Origin: Candidatus Omnitrophota bacterium
Lineage (GTDB): Bacteria; Omnitrophota; Gorgyraeia; Duberdicusellales; 4484-171
Direction of reading: 5' to 3'
Length of the DNA: 64,000 bases
NCBI GenBank assembly: GCA_021735655.1
Contig: JAIPGM010000006.1
Coordinates: forward strand, 36,491 to 100,490
Under the pieces are notes generated by a model. It was not told the DNA's origin. It was given only the letters and a program-made list of their open reading frames with translations, and did not search any database. Shown here piece by piece: positions 1 through 8,003 of the stretch. The number at the start of each line of letters is the position of its first letter. Positions within the stretch are counted from its first letter, which is position 1. Made by a program: the position numbers and the translations under genes.

Positions 1-1209
1 TTCTACATGCTTATGCCCTAACAGTTCCTGGACTTCTCGAATATTAACCCCATTCATTAAAAGATGTGTTGCGAAGCTATGCCTGAGAGTATGCACGCTG
101 GCGCGTTTTATAATTCCGGCTTTCTTTACCGCAATAGCTACAATCTTTTGAACTGTATTGGGACTTATATGATGTCTTCGGATTTTACCACTCCTAGGAT
201 CAATTGAAAGTCGAGAAGATGGAAAAGCATACTGCCACCCCCACTCCTTAGCAGCTTTAGAATATTTGTGCTCTAAAGCATTCGGTAGATATACCTCTCC
301 ATAACCGGCAGCTTTATCTTCTTCGAAAATATTCTTAACTTGCTCTAAATGTTTTCTGAGAGAACTACCTAACGCCTGTGGCAGCATAGTGCTACGGTCT
401 TTATCCCCTTTTGCTCCGCGTAAAAATAAAATATTGCTCTCAAAATCAATATCCTGCACTCGCAAGCGCACGAGCTCCATAAGCCGCAACCCTGAACCAT
501 AAAGCAATTGCACAATTAATAAATCTTTATTCCTTAGTTGTTCAAATAACCCTTGTATTTCCTTAACTGACAAAACTGTTGGTAATTTAGGGCCCCGCTT
601 TGCGCGAACGGTTTCAGCTAAATTATTTACTTCTATTTTTAGAACATCTCGAAATAAAAATAAAAGTGCATTAAAGGCTTGGTTCTGGGTCGAAGATGAA
701 ACTCGACCCTCTATAGCTAGATATGTCAAATAATCTTTAACATCTTCTGGGGTTAGCTTCTGAGGATATATCTGCTTTCGCTTTCCTTTATTTAAATAAT
801 CAAAAAATCTCTTTGCCCATGTAACGTATGTCCTTTCTGTGCTATAAGAAAAATGCTTCACTCGAATGGCATTCGTCATTTTCTTTAACAAATCATCAAA
901 ATTAACATCTTCATCTTTAAATCTAGATACTTCGACAGATTTAATCTTATAAATTTGAGGTGGAGCAAAATTGTCTACATATATACTTATCGCTTCTTTG
1001 GCCTGCTGAAATTGCCACTCTTCAATTTTTATAATCTTTAGCTTTTCAAAAAACTTTTCTTTCTGTTCCTCAAGTGATGATTTTGGACGAATACAACAGA
1101 ATTTAAGAAATCTATCTACCCAATAGGCATAAAAAGGGGCTGTTTTTTCTGTAGCTAATTTCTTTGAAATTAAAAATCTTTGAAATTGAGATAACACACC
1201 TATTTTCAT
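1..1209 (-). CDS. intI: Integron integrase (IntI-type tyrosine recombinase), partial: C-terminus including the catalytic Tyr lies beyond the window edge. An alternative shorter start is at 879.
   Basis: Reverse-strand translation reads ...[21 protein letters not shown]...[13 protein letters not shown]...[38 protein letters not shown]...[36 protein letters not shown]. This contains the [12 protein letters not shown] recombinase box. It also contains the IntI-specific extra patch (compare IntI1 [37 protein letters not shown]). The ORF runs off the window at position 1. It is divergent from the cassette array. Confidence 0.8.
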   Translation of the reverse strand, partial: [403 protein letters not shown]

Positions 1210-1415
1210 GACTTTTCTTTCTTTGCCATAAATCCAATGATATACATAATATACATTTCCTGATATTATAGATAAATTACATAATTAAAGCAACATTTTT
1301 CTTCCAAAATCATTAAAAACATGCTAAAATTTTACTATATATATCAATAAAATATAAAAACATATATTATGCATATTAATTGTTAGATGTAAAATAAAAT
1401 GATAAAAGGAGAAAA
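1210..1415. promoter_or_regulatory. attI / cassette-promoter region between intI and the first cassette. Candidate Pc is TTGCCA (1223-1228), 18 nt spacer, TAATAT (1247-1252), reading toward the cassettes. Candidate attI crossover is G|TTAGAT at 1382-1388.
   Basis: AT-rich 200 nt spacer. The 3' end GTTAGATGTAAAAT matches the R' ends of the downstream attC sites (for example GTGTTAGATGTAAAATGAG at 5900). An AAAGGAG ribosome-binding site then precedes ATG 1416. Confidence 0.4.
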
Positions 1416-2699
1416 ATGAAGCAAATTTTGCGCTATTTTTTGGTTTTCTTTTCCCTAATTATATTTTTAAATTTATCTCCTTTTGCTTTTGGACAACAGG
1501 ACCAATCCTCCGGTGATTTTATTGATGGGAATTTTGAAGAAATAGGTCGTCTCAAGAAAGATTCTCAGAAACTTGATACCAGTAAAACCGGCGATCTGTT
1601 TATGGATACATGGATGGGGATATTAACTAGCCCAAAAGAATTTTTTTCTTGGAATACAAAAGGCGATGTCAAACTGGTCTATGATGGGAGTAACACACTG
1701 GTTGAATTGACACAGAGTAAAGAAGGGCCTGCGTCTATAAGCCAATTCTTTGGTTTTAAAAATAAAGATGCGTCAATTGAGTTTGATGTTAAAATTATAA
1801 AGAAAACTACCTCAGATGAATTAGAAGTGACAGTAGCAGATGTGGGTGGGCCTGCCTGGGGTAAACCCCCTGCAATAGAGATTCCGCTGGAGACATTTCG
1901 GCTCTCAACCATTTATCCGACTAAACATATCTCCATTGACCTTTCAAATAGTAAATATTTTTTAGATAAACAAGCTAAAGATGAAGCTAATGATATGGAC
2001 TTAGTTGATGCATCTATTTTTGGTACGATAACTTTTCGCTTGAAGGGAAATGCTGAAGAACCAACAACAATACGATTGGATAACCTTAAGGTTACTTATT
2101 ATAAAAAAGAAGGCGAAGTGAAACGTTATTATAAAGATAATCAGCCGAAGATAGATAAATTCTATAAAGATGGTAAGCAGGAAGGTCTGGAGAAGCGTTA
2201 TTATCGCAATGGACAGTTACAGTCGGAGCACCCATATAGGAATGGTAAACTAGACGGGATACAAAAGTATTATGCTATAGATGGAAAAGTCTGGGAAGAA
2301 ACGCCTTACAGAGACGGCAAGCGAGAGGGAACACAAAGACGTTACAGAAATGGGGTGCTGACGGAAGAAAGATTATATAAAAATGATAAGATGGTAGAAA
2401 TTAAAATTTATTATAAAACTGGTGAAATAAAATCAGAAGCAACGATTAGGAATGATAAGACAGAAGGGTCATCTAAAGAGTATTATAAAAATGGACAAGT
2501 AATGGAAGAACGTATCTATAGCGATAGCCAGAGAGTAGGCGTAACAAAGCATTACTATGCTAACGGACAGCTAAAAGCAGAGATACCTTACAAGAAGGAT
2601 AGAAAAGATGGCATTGCGAGGATTTATAATGAAGAAGGCAACTTAGTAAAAGAAGAAGTTTGGGAAAAAGATAAACTCATAAGTACTAGAGAGAAATAA
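1416..2699 (+). CDS. Cassette 1: secreted protein with about 12 MORN-variant (YwqK-family-like) repeats.
   Basis: N-terminal signal peptide MKQILRYFLVFFSLIIFLNLSPFAFG. C-terminal half is tandem ~23-aa repeats of form YYxNGQlxxEhPYrNGKxdG. Strong AAAGGAG ribosome-binding site. Followed by attC1. Confidence 0.7.
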   Translation: MKQILRYFLVFFSLIIFLNLSPFAFGQQDQSSGDFIDGNFEEIGRLKKDSQKLDTSKTGDLFMDTWMGILTSPKEFFSWNTKGDVKLVYDGSNTLVELTQSKEGPASISQFFGFKNKDASIEFDVKIIKKTTSDELEVTVADVGGPAWGKPPAIEIPLETFRLSTIYPTKHISIDLSNSKYFLDKQAKDEANDMDLVDASIFGTITFRLKGNAEEPTTIRLDNLKVTYYKKEGEVKRYYKDNQPKIDKFYKDGKQEGLEKRYYRNGQLQSEHPYRNGKLDGIQKYYAIDGKVWEETPYRDGKREGTQRRYRNGVLTEERLYKNDKMVEIKIYYKTGEIKSEATIRNDKTEGSSKEYYKNGQVMEERIYSDSQRVGVTKHYYANGQLKAEIPYKKDRKDGIARIYNEEGNLVKEEVWEKDKLISTREK

Positions 2700-2713
2700 A
2701 TATTAAATTACCC

Positions 2714-2788
2714 ATCTAACAAATCAATCCAGCCGACCCTCCCCGCGCGCTGGCGCGCTTGGTCGGGCGGCTGATTTTTGTGTTATCT
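2714..2788 (+). repeat. attC1 (integron cassette recombination site).
   Basis: ATCTAACAAATCAATCCAGCCGACC, then a GC palindrome gcgcgctggcgcgc, then GGTCGGGCGGCTGATTTTTGTGTTATCT. The flanks are imperfect inverted repeats with an unpaired GCG bulge. R'' is ATCTAAC and R' is GTTATCT. Confidence 0.75.
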
Positions 2789-2794
2789 TAAAAA

Positions 2795-3619
2795 ATGAAT
2801 CAAATACAAATGATAATAAACATAGGAATAGGTGTAATATCTGGCTTAATAACCTTCATTGTATGTGAATACATTCTTAAACCATATCTAAACCAAAAAA
2901 TAAATCCTAAAAAAGTTACTAATTTTTTTAGAAGTGGACCATTTTTGTTTGTCTTGGCTGTCCTGATTGCTTTTATCTTAAGTGCCTCCAACCAACAACT
3001 GAGAATGACATTATTTGGCCATGGCTTAGGCTCTTCTACTGTCGTTAGGGAATTAGAAAATTTATATATGTCAATTCCCGAAATGAAGGATGAAATAATT
3101 AAATCATCTGAGGGAAAGTTAAAGGAAAAAGATTTAATTAACTTGTGTCTGCAAGAAAAATTATATTATTTGAAATTAAAGCAAACCGGGAAATATTCCT
3201 ACAAACAAAATAACGCAAAGGAAGCTATTAATTTTTCAGGCAATCATAAAGTATTGTATCCGAATAGTCAGATTTACTCTGAAACAACATATACAAATGG
3301 CGAACGTTTAGATGCAAATTTTAAAGCTTATTATTACAATGGGGTCATTAGAGCAGAAATTATAACCGACAAATCTCAAATGAACGACACCACGAAAATT
3401 GTAAAATATTATTACAACAACGGCAAAATATGGTGCGAATATAGATATCACGACAACAAACACATGACTGGTATTATTTATGACAAGGAAGGTAATATAC
3501 TAGGTAAAGGAAAAGGTCTTTTTCTAGCAATTCTTATACCTGGTTATTTTGAAAAAATCGAAAGACAAGTTTACGACGTGCGCTACAATCCAAATACATT
3601 TTATGATTATGGATTATGA
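2795..3619 (+). CDS. Cassette 2: membrane-anchored protein with MORN-variant (YwqK-like) repeats.
   Basis: N-terminal TM helix. C-terminal repeats YTNGERLDANFKAYYYNGVIRAEI...KYYYNNGKIWCEYRYHDNKHMTGIIYDKEGN. Followed by attC2. Confidence 0.55.
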   Translation: MNQIQMIINIGIGVISGLITFIVCEYILKPYLNQKINPKKVTNFFRSGPFLFVLAVLIAFILSASNQQLRMTLFGHGLGSSTVVRELENLYMSIPEMKDEIIKSSEGKLKEKDLINLCLQEKLYYLKLKQTGKYSYKQNNAKEAINFSGNHKVLYPNSQIYSETTYTNGERLDANFKAYYYNGVIRAEIITDKSQMNDTTKIVKYYYNNGKIWCEYRYHDNKHMTGIIYDKEGNILGKGKGLFLAILIPGYFEKIERQVYDVRYNPNTFYDYGL

Positions 3620-3632
3620 GAAAATTAATAAA

Positions 3633-3705
3633 AGATAACAAAGCAATCCAGCGGACCAATTCCGCCGCTTCGCGGCTCCATTGGCCGCTGATTTCTATGT
3701 TAGAC
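3633..3705 (+). repeat. attC2.
   Basis: AGATAACAAAGCAATCCAGCGGACCAAT ... ATTGGCCGCTGATTTCTATGTTAGAC. Same architecture as attC1, with an extrahelical T in the left arm. Confidence 0.75.
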
Positions 3706-3732
3706 ATAAAAAAATAGAAAATAAGGAGAAAA

Positions 3733-4587
3733 ATGAAAATAAAAGCAAAGGAGCCGTGGTTGGCAGTTTTCTTGAATCGCTTGTTGCCCGGATTAGGGTA
3801 TCTTTACACGAAGAATTTAGTTAGAGCAATTATTGTATTTTTAGTCACCATATCATTAACGTTTATTGCAGTTTCGACATTGATCGCTTTTGCCAAAAAC
3901 GATACGACTGTTACATCCAAAGTATTATGGGGAGTCATTATTTTTGTTGCAGTCAATTTTATATTTAATTTCGCTATCTTGATAGATGGGTATTTGTGTG
4001 CAAGGAAACATAATCTTTCTAATGACGTAAAGCCTTCGCGCATGGGGCTTCGTATTTTTGCTATCATTGGAACTATAGTTTTATTGTTAACTGGAGGTAT
4101 CTCTATTTTTCCGGTTATCTACATAAGAACTCATTTGATACAGTTTTTTAAAATGCCTACCACATCAATGGCTCCAGCGCTAAAACTTAATGATAAAATC
4201 ATGGTAGATAAAAAAGCATACAATAGCAATAAGCCACAAAGAATGGAGATAGTTGTATTTCTTCCTCCTCACGATAATAGAAAGTATTACCTGAAGAGAA
4301 TTATTGGTTTACCAGGAGAAGAAGTGGAAATCAAGGACGGCAAGGTTTATATAAACAACGAGGTCATAACTAATCTATTCGTGACAAATAACTATTATTA
4401 TAATCAGGGTGATTACGCCAAAAAAGGTAAAAAGATAATCGTGCCCCCAAATAATTATTATGTTTTAGGCGACAATAGCGTTTCAAGTTTGGACAGTAGA
4501 TTCTTTGGATTTGTTCCCGAAAAAAATATAACAGGAAAAGTAGTTAAAATATATTGGCCTCCTGAAAGATCAGGAAGAGTTAAATAA
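3733..4587 (+). CDS. Cassette 3: signal peptidase I (S26 family) with an N-terminal multi-TM, TM2-like domain.
   Basis: S26 boxes are present: PTTSMAPAL (catalytic Ser), YLKRIIGLPGEEVEI (catalytic Lys) and GDNSVSSLDSRFFGFV. N-terminus AVFLNRLLPGLGYLYTKN plus 3-4 TM helices resembles a TM2 domain. Confidence 0.7.
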   Translation: MKIKAKEPWLAVFLNRLLPGLGYLYTKNLVRAIIVFLVTISLTFIAVSTLIAFAKNDTTVTSKVLWGVIIFVAVNFIFNFAILIDGYLCARKHNLSNDVKPSRMGLRIFAIIGTIVLLLTGGISIFPVIYIRTHLIQFFKMPTTSMAPALKLNDKIMVDKKAYNSNKPQRMEIVVFLPPHDNRKYYLKRIIGLPGEEVEIKDGKVYINNEVITNLFVTNNYYYNQGDYAKKGKKIIVPPNNYYVLGDNSVSSLDSRFFGFVPEKNITGKVVKIYWPPERSGRVK

Positions 4588-4594
4588 TAAAAAT

Positions 4595-4678
4595 GTCTAA
4601 CAAGTCGATCCAGCGGACTTAAAAGCGCCGCCAATTAAAGCGCAAAGCGCTTTTAAGCCGCTGATCTTGATGTTATGA
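4595..4678 (+). repeat. attC3.
   Basis: GTCTAACAAGTCGATCCAGCGGAC ... GCCGCTGATCTTGATGTTATGA. Conserved flanks and variable palindromic core. Confidence 0.7.
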
Positions 4679-4688
4679 GAAAAATAAA

Positions 4689-5186
4689 ATGAAAAAAATA
4701 AATAAAATTTTCTTTGTTTTAATTTGCGTTCTTTGTTCTGCGCAATTAGCACTTTATGCAGAATATAATTCAACCCTCTTAAAACATCATATACAATTTT
4801 CTCCACCTACCGGTTGGAATCAAATTTCACTTGGCCCTTTTGCCGCAGATATAGAAGGAATTGCATTCCGCAGCCCTGATGAGAAAGCGGTAATTACCGT
4901 ATCCTTGCCCAAAAAAACTAATTTTATTTCGTTTCATGGTGCTCTTATATTATTTCGTTTAAGCAAAAGGCCAAAGGAAGAAAAAATAACATTTTGTGAT
5001 GAGTCATGCTATATTTTTGATTTTGAACAAATCAATAAAAATAATATAAAAGTACTGACAAAAACCTATAAATTTTTAAAGAAAAACAAACTATATACAA
5101 TCAGCTATTATTCATCTCCCAATGAATATCGACAGTATTTACCCGAATTTAAGAAGGCGTTAGCAACGTTTAAAATTATTGAATAA
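4689..5186 (+). CDS. Cassette 4: secreted hypothetical protein.
   Basis: Signal peptide MKKINKIFFVLICVLCSAQLALYA. No recognisable domain. Flanked by attC3 and attC4. Confidence 0.5.
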   Translation: MKKINKIFFVLICVLCSAQLALYAEYNSTLLKHHIQFSPPTGWNQISLGPFAADIEGIAFRSPDEKAVITVSLPKKTNFISFHGALILFRLSKRPKEEKITFCDESCYIFDFEQINKNNIKVLTKTYKFLKKNKLYTISYYSSPNEYRQYLPEFKKALATFKIIE

Positions 5187-5191
5187 ATGTC

Positions 5192-5276
5192 TCATAACAA
5201 AGCAATCGAGCGGACAATCCTCGCCGCTAAATAGAATTCGGGAAAGCTCGGCTTGCCACTCATTTTTATGTTAGAC
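5192..5276 (+). repeat. attC4.
   Basis: TCATAACAAAGCAATCGAGCGGAC ... GCTCGGCTTGCCACTCATTTTTATGTTAGAC. The 3' arm has diverged more than in the other sites. Confidence 0.65.
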
Positions 5277-5288
5277 GAAAATAAAAAA

Positions 5289-5828
5289 ATGATTAAAAAG
5301 ATAATAGTAATTATTTGTTTTAGTTGCATAATCTGTTTAAATTTAGCATATTCTAAATATGTTGACCCAGACGCGATTGTTAGGATAACACGCAAAATTA
5401 CTCAAAGAATTTACAAAGATATAATTTCAATTAAAGACGAGTATGAAGAATTGAAGGGTTTTGATGAAAACTTTTATGGTAAAGGGACGAGATTCCAATA
5501 TCGCATAGTTAGTCCCACAATCGAATATATTTATTGTCCTGGTACATACAATCAATCTTATGAACGAGTTATGGAATTGTATTGCAACCCTCAACCCCCT
5601 GCTATTCATCTAAGGTTAGTATTCCTTAGCGCTCCTTGTGGCACAAACAAGTGCGACATAGTTAGCATTTGTCCGGATGGAATCGAAGCCCAAATTTATA
5701 TCGAAGAAATTGATCGTTATCTAATATTCAGTCAGCGTAGTGGAAATGCTGAGCTTGATACAAAACTTATGGAAATTTTCCGCAAACACACAAAAAAATA
5801 CAAAACAAAAGAAATACCTTGGGAATAG
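5289..5828 (+). CDS. Cassette 5: secreted Cys-containing hypothetical protein. The start is reassigned to ATG 5289; the ORF-track start at 5253 lies inside attC4.
   Basis: MIKKIIVIICFSCIICLNLAYS signal peptide immediately downstream of the attC4 GTTAGAC. In frame with the track ORF. Confidence 0.5.
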   Translation: MIKKIIVIICFSCIICLNLAYSKYVDPDAIVRITRKITQRIYKDIISIKDEYEELKGFDENFYGKGTRFQYRIVSPTIEYIYCPGTYNQSYERVMELYCNPQPPAIHLRLVFLSAPCGTNKCDIVSICPDGIEAQIYIEEIDRYLIFSQRSGNAELDTKLMEIFRKHTKKYKTKEIPWE

Positions 5829-5832
5829 GCTC

Positions 5833-5908
5833 ATCTAACAAGGCAATCCAGCGGACCTTACCTCGGCCCTAACGGGCTTCGGCAAGGCCGCTGATTTTTG
5901 TGTTAGAT
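5833..5908 (+). repeat. attC5.
   Basis: ATCTAACAAGGCAATCCAGCGGACC ... GGCCGCTGATTTTTGTGTTAGAT. Confidence 0.75.
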
Positions 5909-5970
5909 GTAAAATGAGATCACTAGATGAAAAAAATATTTCTATTAACATGCTATTATAGGAGGGGTAT

Positions 5971-6315
5971 ATGAAAAAAATTTTATTGTGGATGGGTTTT
6001 ATAATAAACCTTTTAGCATTCTTAGGTATTGCCTGCTATGGGTCATGGTCTGTTTGGGCTGGAATACTAAGCATTTCTAAATCAGAATATGCAAATATGT
6101 ATATCGTTTTCGGAATAGTTCCTGTTTTAATAAGCATTCCTTTTAATATCTTTATGAATCTTTGCTTGAACTCAATTCTGGATAAGAAGAAAAGATTCCC
6201 AACAAAATGGGTTATTTTTTCCCAATCAATCATATTTATTTTGACACCAATCGCTCTACTTACTGGGATTGCAGATTTAATTTCAGATGCATGGAGTTTT
6301 TTTACACTGCGTTAG
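5971..6315 (+). CDS. Cassette 6: small multi-TM membrane protein.
   Basis: 114 aa with about 3 hydrophobic helices. GGAGG ribosome-binding site. Followed by attC6. Confidence 0.45.
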   Translation: MKKILLWMGFIINLLAFLGIACYGSWSVWAGILSISKSEYANMYIVFGIVPVLISIPFNIFMNLCLNSILDKKKRFPTKWVIFSQSIIFILTPIALLTGIADLISDAWSFFTLR

Positions 6316-6357
6316 ATACCGTGCAAGTAATTAAAATTATTTAGGAAATTAAAAAAC

Positions 6358-6435
6358 TTCTAACAACTCAATCCAGCTGACCCTTTGACTCGGCCTTTCA
6401 GGCCTCGCTCAGGGCAGCTGATTTTTATGTTATGT
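6358..6435 (+). repeat. attC6.
   Basis: TTCTAACAACTCAATCCAGCTGACCC, then GGCCtttcaGGCC, then AGGGCAGCTGATTTTTATGTTATGT. There is an extrahelical T in the left arm. Confidence 0.75.
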
Positions 6436-6477
6436 GAAAATAATAAAAACATTCTCGCACAAAAAAAGGAGGAGAAA

Positions 6478-6831
6478 ATGGACAAGAAAAAAACAGATTG
6501 GACAAAACCAAGCTTGATAATGCTCGGGATTGATGTTCTGGCGCTGTTCATTATGATGATCGTTTTGGGAAATCTTGTTAATAGATTTAATGAATTATAC
6601 AGTCAATTCAGCATTGAATTATCACCTATTGCACAATTTAGCTTAACCGGATATAAAATATTTTTTCTACTGCTTTTAATTGGGCTTTTGGGCAAAGAGT
6701 TTTTGAAAAATAAAAAGGCAACATTCATAATAAATATATCGGCACTAGCTGTTACCCTTTTTATATTTGTGCCTTTTATAATTTTAGGAATATTTTTTCC
6801 TTTGTTTAACTTAACAAGCATGGGGGGATAA
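6478..6831 (+). CDS. Cassette 7: small membrane protein. The start is reassigned to ATG 6478; the track start at 6385 lies inside attC6.
   Basis: AAGGAGGAG ribosome-binding site 6 nt upstream of ATG 6478. Product MDKKKTDW... is 117 aa with 3 TM helices. Confidence 0.5.
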   Translation: MDKKKTDWTKPSLIMLGIDVLALFIMMIVLGNLVNRFNELYSQFSIELSPIAQFSLTGYKIFFLLLLIGLLGKEFLKNKKATFIINISALAVTLFIFVPFIILGIFFPLFNLTSMGG

Positions 6832-6851
6832 ATTTAAAAGTTTTAATAATC

Positions 6852-7026
6852 ACATAACAAGACAATTCAGCCAACCTTCATCCGTTGCCTGTTGGGTTGG
6901 CTGGTATGCCGAACCCTTCATAATAACAAAATGCTTCGCATTTTAAGTATATGGATTCGGCATAGTTCGACTAAGTATTTTTGCTCGCAAAAATGCCAGT
7001 CTCATTAGCTGATTTTTGTGTTATAG
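6852..7026 (+). repeat. attC7, atypically long and composite (about 175 nt).
   Basis: Canonical left flank ACATAACAAGACAATTCAGCCAACC is followed by GGGTTGGCTGG. A roughly 105-nt insert follows, with two extra hairpins (TATGCCGAA...TTCGGCATA and ATTTTTGC..GCAAAAAT). The conserved right flank GCTGATTTTTGTGTTATAG then ends the site. Confidence 0.6.
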
Positions 7027-7049
7027 GAAAATAAAACGGAGGAGTTAAG

Positions 7050-7322
7050 ATGGAAAATGTAAAAAAAATATATAAAGAAGGAGTAGTAAAGGGTGTTCGT
7101 TATTTTGTTATTACATTATGGGTTAATTTTCTATGCATTCCGTTGTACATGATAAAAAATTTCTTTGAGCCAGAGCAGGGATGGAATTTTCAAGAACACA
7201 CGTTATTAATTATTGGTTTCTGTATTCTAGTTGTTGTATATTTACCATTTGCTGTTTATTTGGCATCGAAAAGATCAAACCAACTGAATACTCCTATATT
7301 GAAAACAAATATTTCGATATAA
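7050..7322 (+). CDS. Cassette 8: small membrane protein (90 aa).
   Basis: GGAGG ribosome-binding site. Two hydrophobic helices. Flanked by attC7 and attC8. Confidence 0.45.
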   Translation: MENVKKIYKEGVVKGVRYFVITLWVNFLCIPLYMIKNFFEPEQGWNFQEHTLLIIGFCILVVVYLPFAVYLASKRSNQLNTPILKTNISI

Positions 7323-7327
7323 TATTT

Positions 7328-7402
7328 GTATAACAAGGCAATCCACCTGACCATACTCGCCGCTTTTAGCGGCTCGTCTGGCCGGTGATTTTTGTGTTAT
7401 GT
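7328..7402 (+). repeat. attC8.
   Basis: GTATAACAAGGCAATCCACCTGACC ... GGCCGGTGATTTTTGTGTTATGT. Confidence 0.7.
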
Positions 7403-7413
7403 GAATATAAAAT

Positions 7414-7986
7414 ATGAATAAAATTGACCTTTTATTTATAGTCTGTCTTCTAGCCTTACGTTTTCTACCTAGAAAATCAGCAAAATATAGATACTATTGG
7501 GTGTTTCCTTTATTAGTCTTTTTTTTAGCTATCGGTATCCGAATTAATTCTAAAATCGAGAGTCGGAAACGTTCAGAAAGAATTCAAGAGCTAGAAAGCA
7601 ATCTTAACGCTTTGCGCGATTATAGCTCTATTGCAAAACTTAATATTTTAGGCTTACCTGCTCGTGCAGGTTCAGGCATAAAATTATCTACTCCAATTTC
7701 AACTTCGCTAGAGAATGCAATAATTGAAAAGGATGGCAAATATTTCCCCACGTGCAGCAAGGAAGCGGAAGAAAAATTTAAGCAGACTATAAAATCTTAT
7801 CCACGATTTCCATTTTCATACTATGGCTTAGCCGTCTGTCTCAGGAGTAAAGAAGATGAAGCTTGGAAGGATTACGCAAATCAAGCCATAGAAATATTTA
7901 AAAAAACTATCAGCATTAAAGATCATAATTCTGGGCACGACCAAGCAATGAAAGAATTAATCAGATATTTAGAAGAAATAAATTAA
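7414..7986 (+). CDS. Cassette 9: membrane-anchored hypothetical protein (190 aa).
   Basis: N-terminal TM segments followed by a charged or coiled region. Flanked by attC8 and attC9. Confidence 0.45.
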   Translation: MNKIDLLFIVCLLALRFLPRKSAKYRYYWVFPLLVFFLAIGIRINSKIESRKRSERIQELESNLNALRDYSSIAKLNILGLPARAGSGIKLSTPISTSLENAIIEKDGKYFPTCSKEAEEKFKQTIKSYPRFPFSYYGLAVCLRSKEDEAWKDYANQAIEIFKKTISIKDHNSGHDQAMKELIRYLEEIN

Positions 7987-8003
7987 AACTAGGTAATTAA
8001 AAC

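Noticed and set aside
1679-1912. Track ORFs antisense to cassette genes: 1679..1912, 2800..2991, 3804..4067, 4597..4806, 5192..5395, 5427..5609, 6036..6233, 6360..6551 and 6603..6821 (all minus strand).
   Set aside because: Each lies entirely inside, or overlaps, a better-supported plus-strand CDS or an attC hairpin. None has a ribosome-binding site or a domain signature. They are likely artefacts of AT-rich sequence.
5253-5288. The upstream start codons offered by the ORF track for cassette 5 (5253) and cassette 7 (6385).
   Set aside because: Those starts fall inside the attC recombination sites. Downstream in-frame ATGs at 5289 and 6478 follow ribosome-binding sites and begin with signal-peptide or TM sequences.
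6930-6975. A tmRNA-like GGATTCGGC...GTTCGAC motif inside attC7.
   Set aside because: Only a short chance resemblance. No tRNA-like acceptor or T-arm follows, and no tag reading frame is present.
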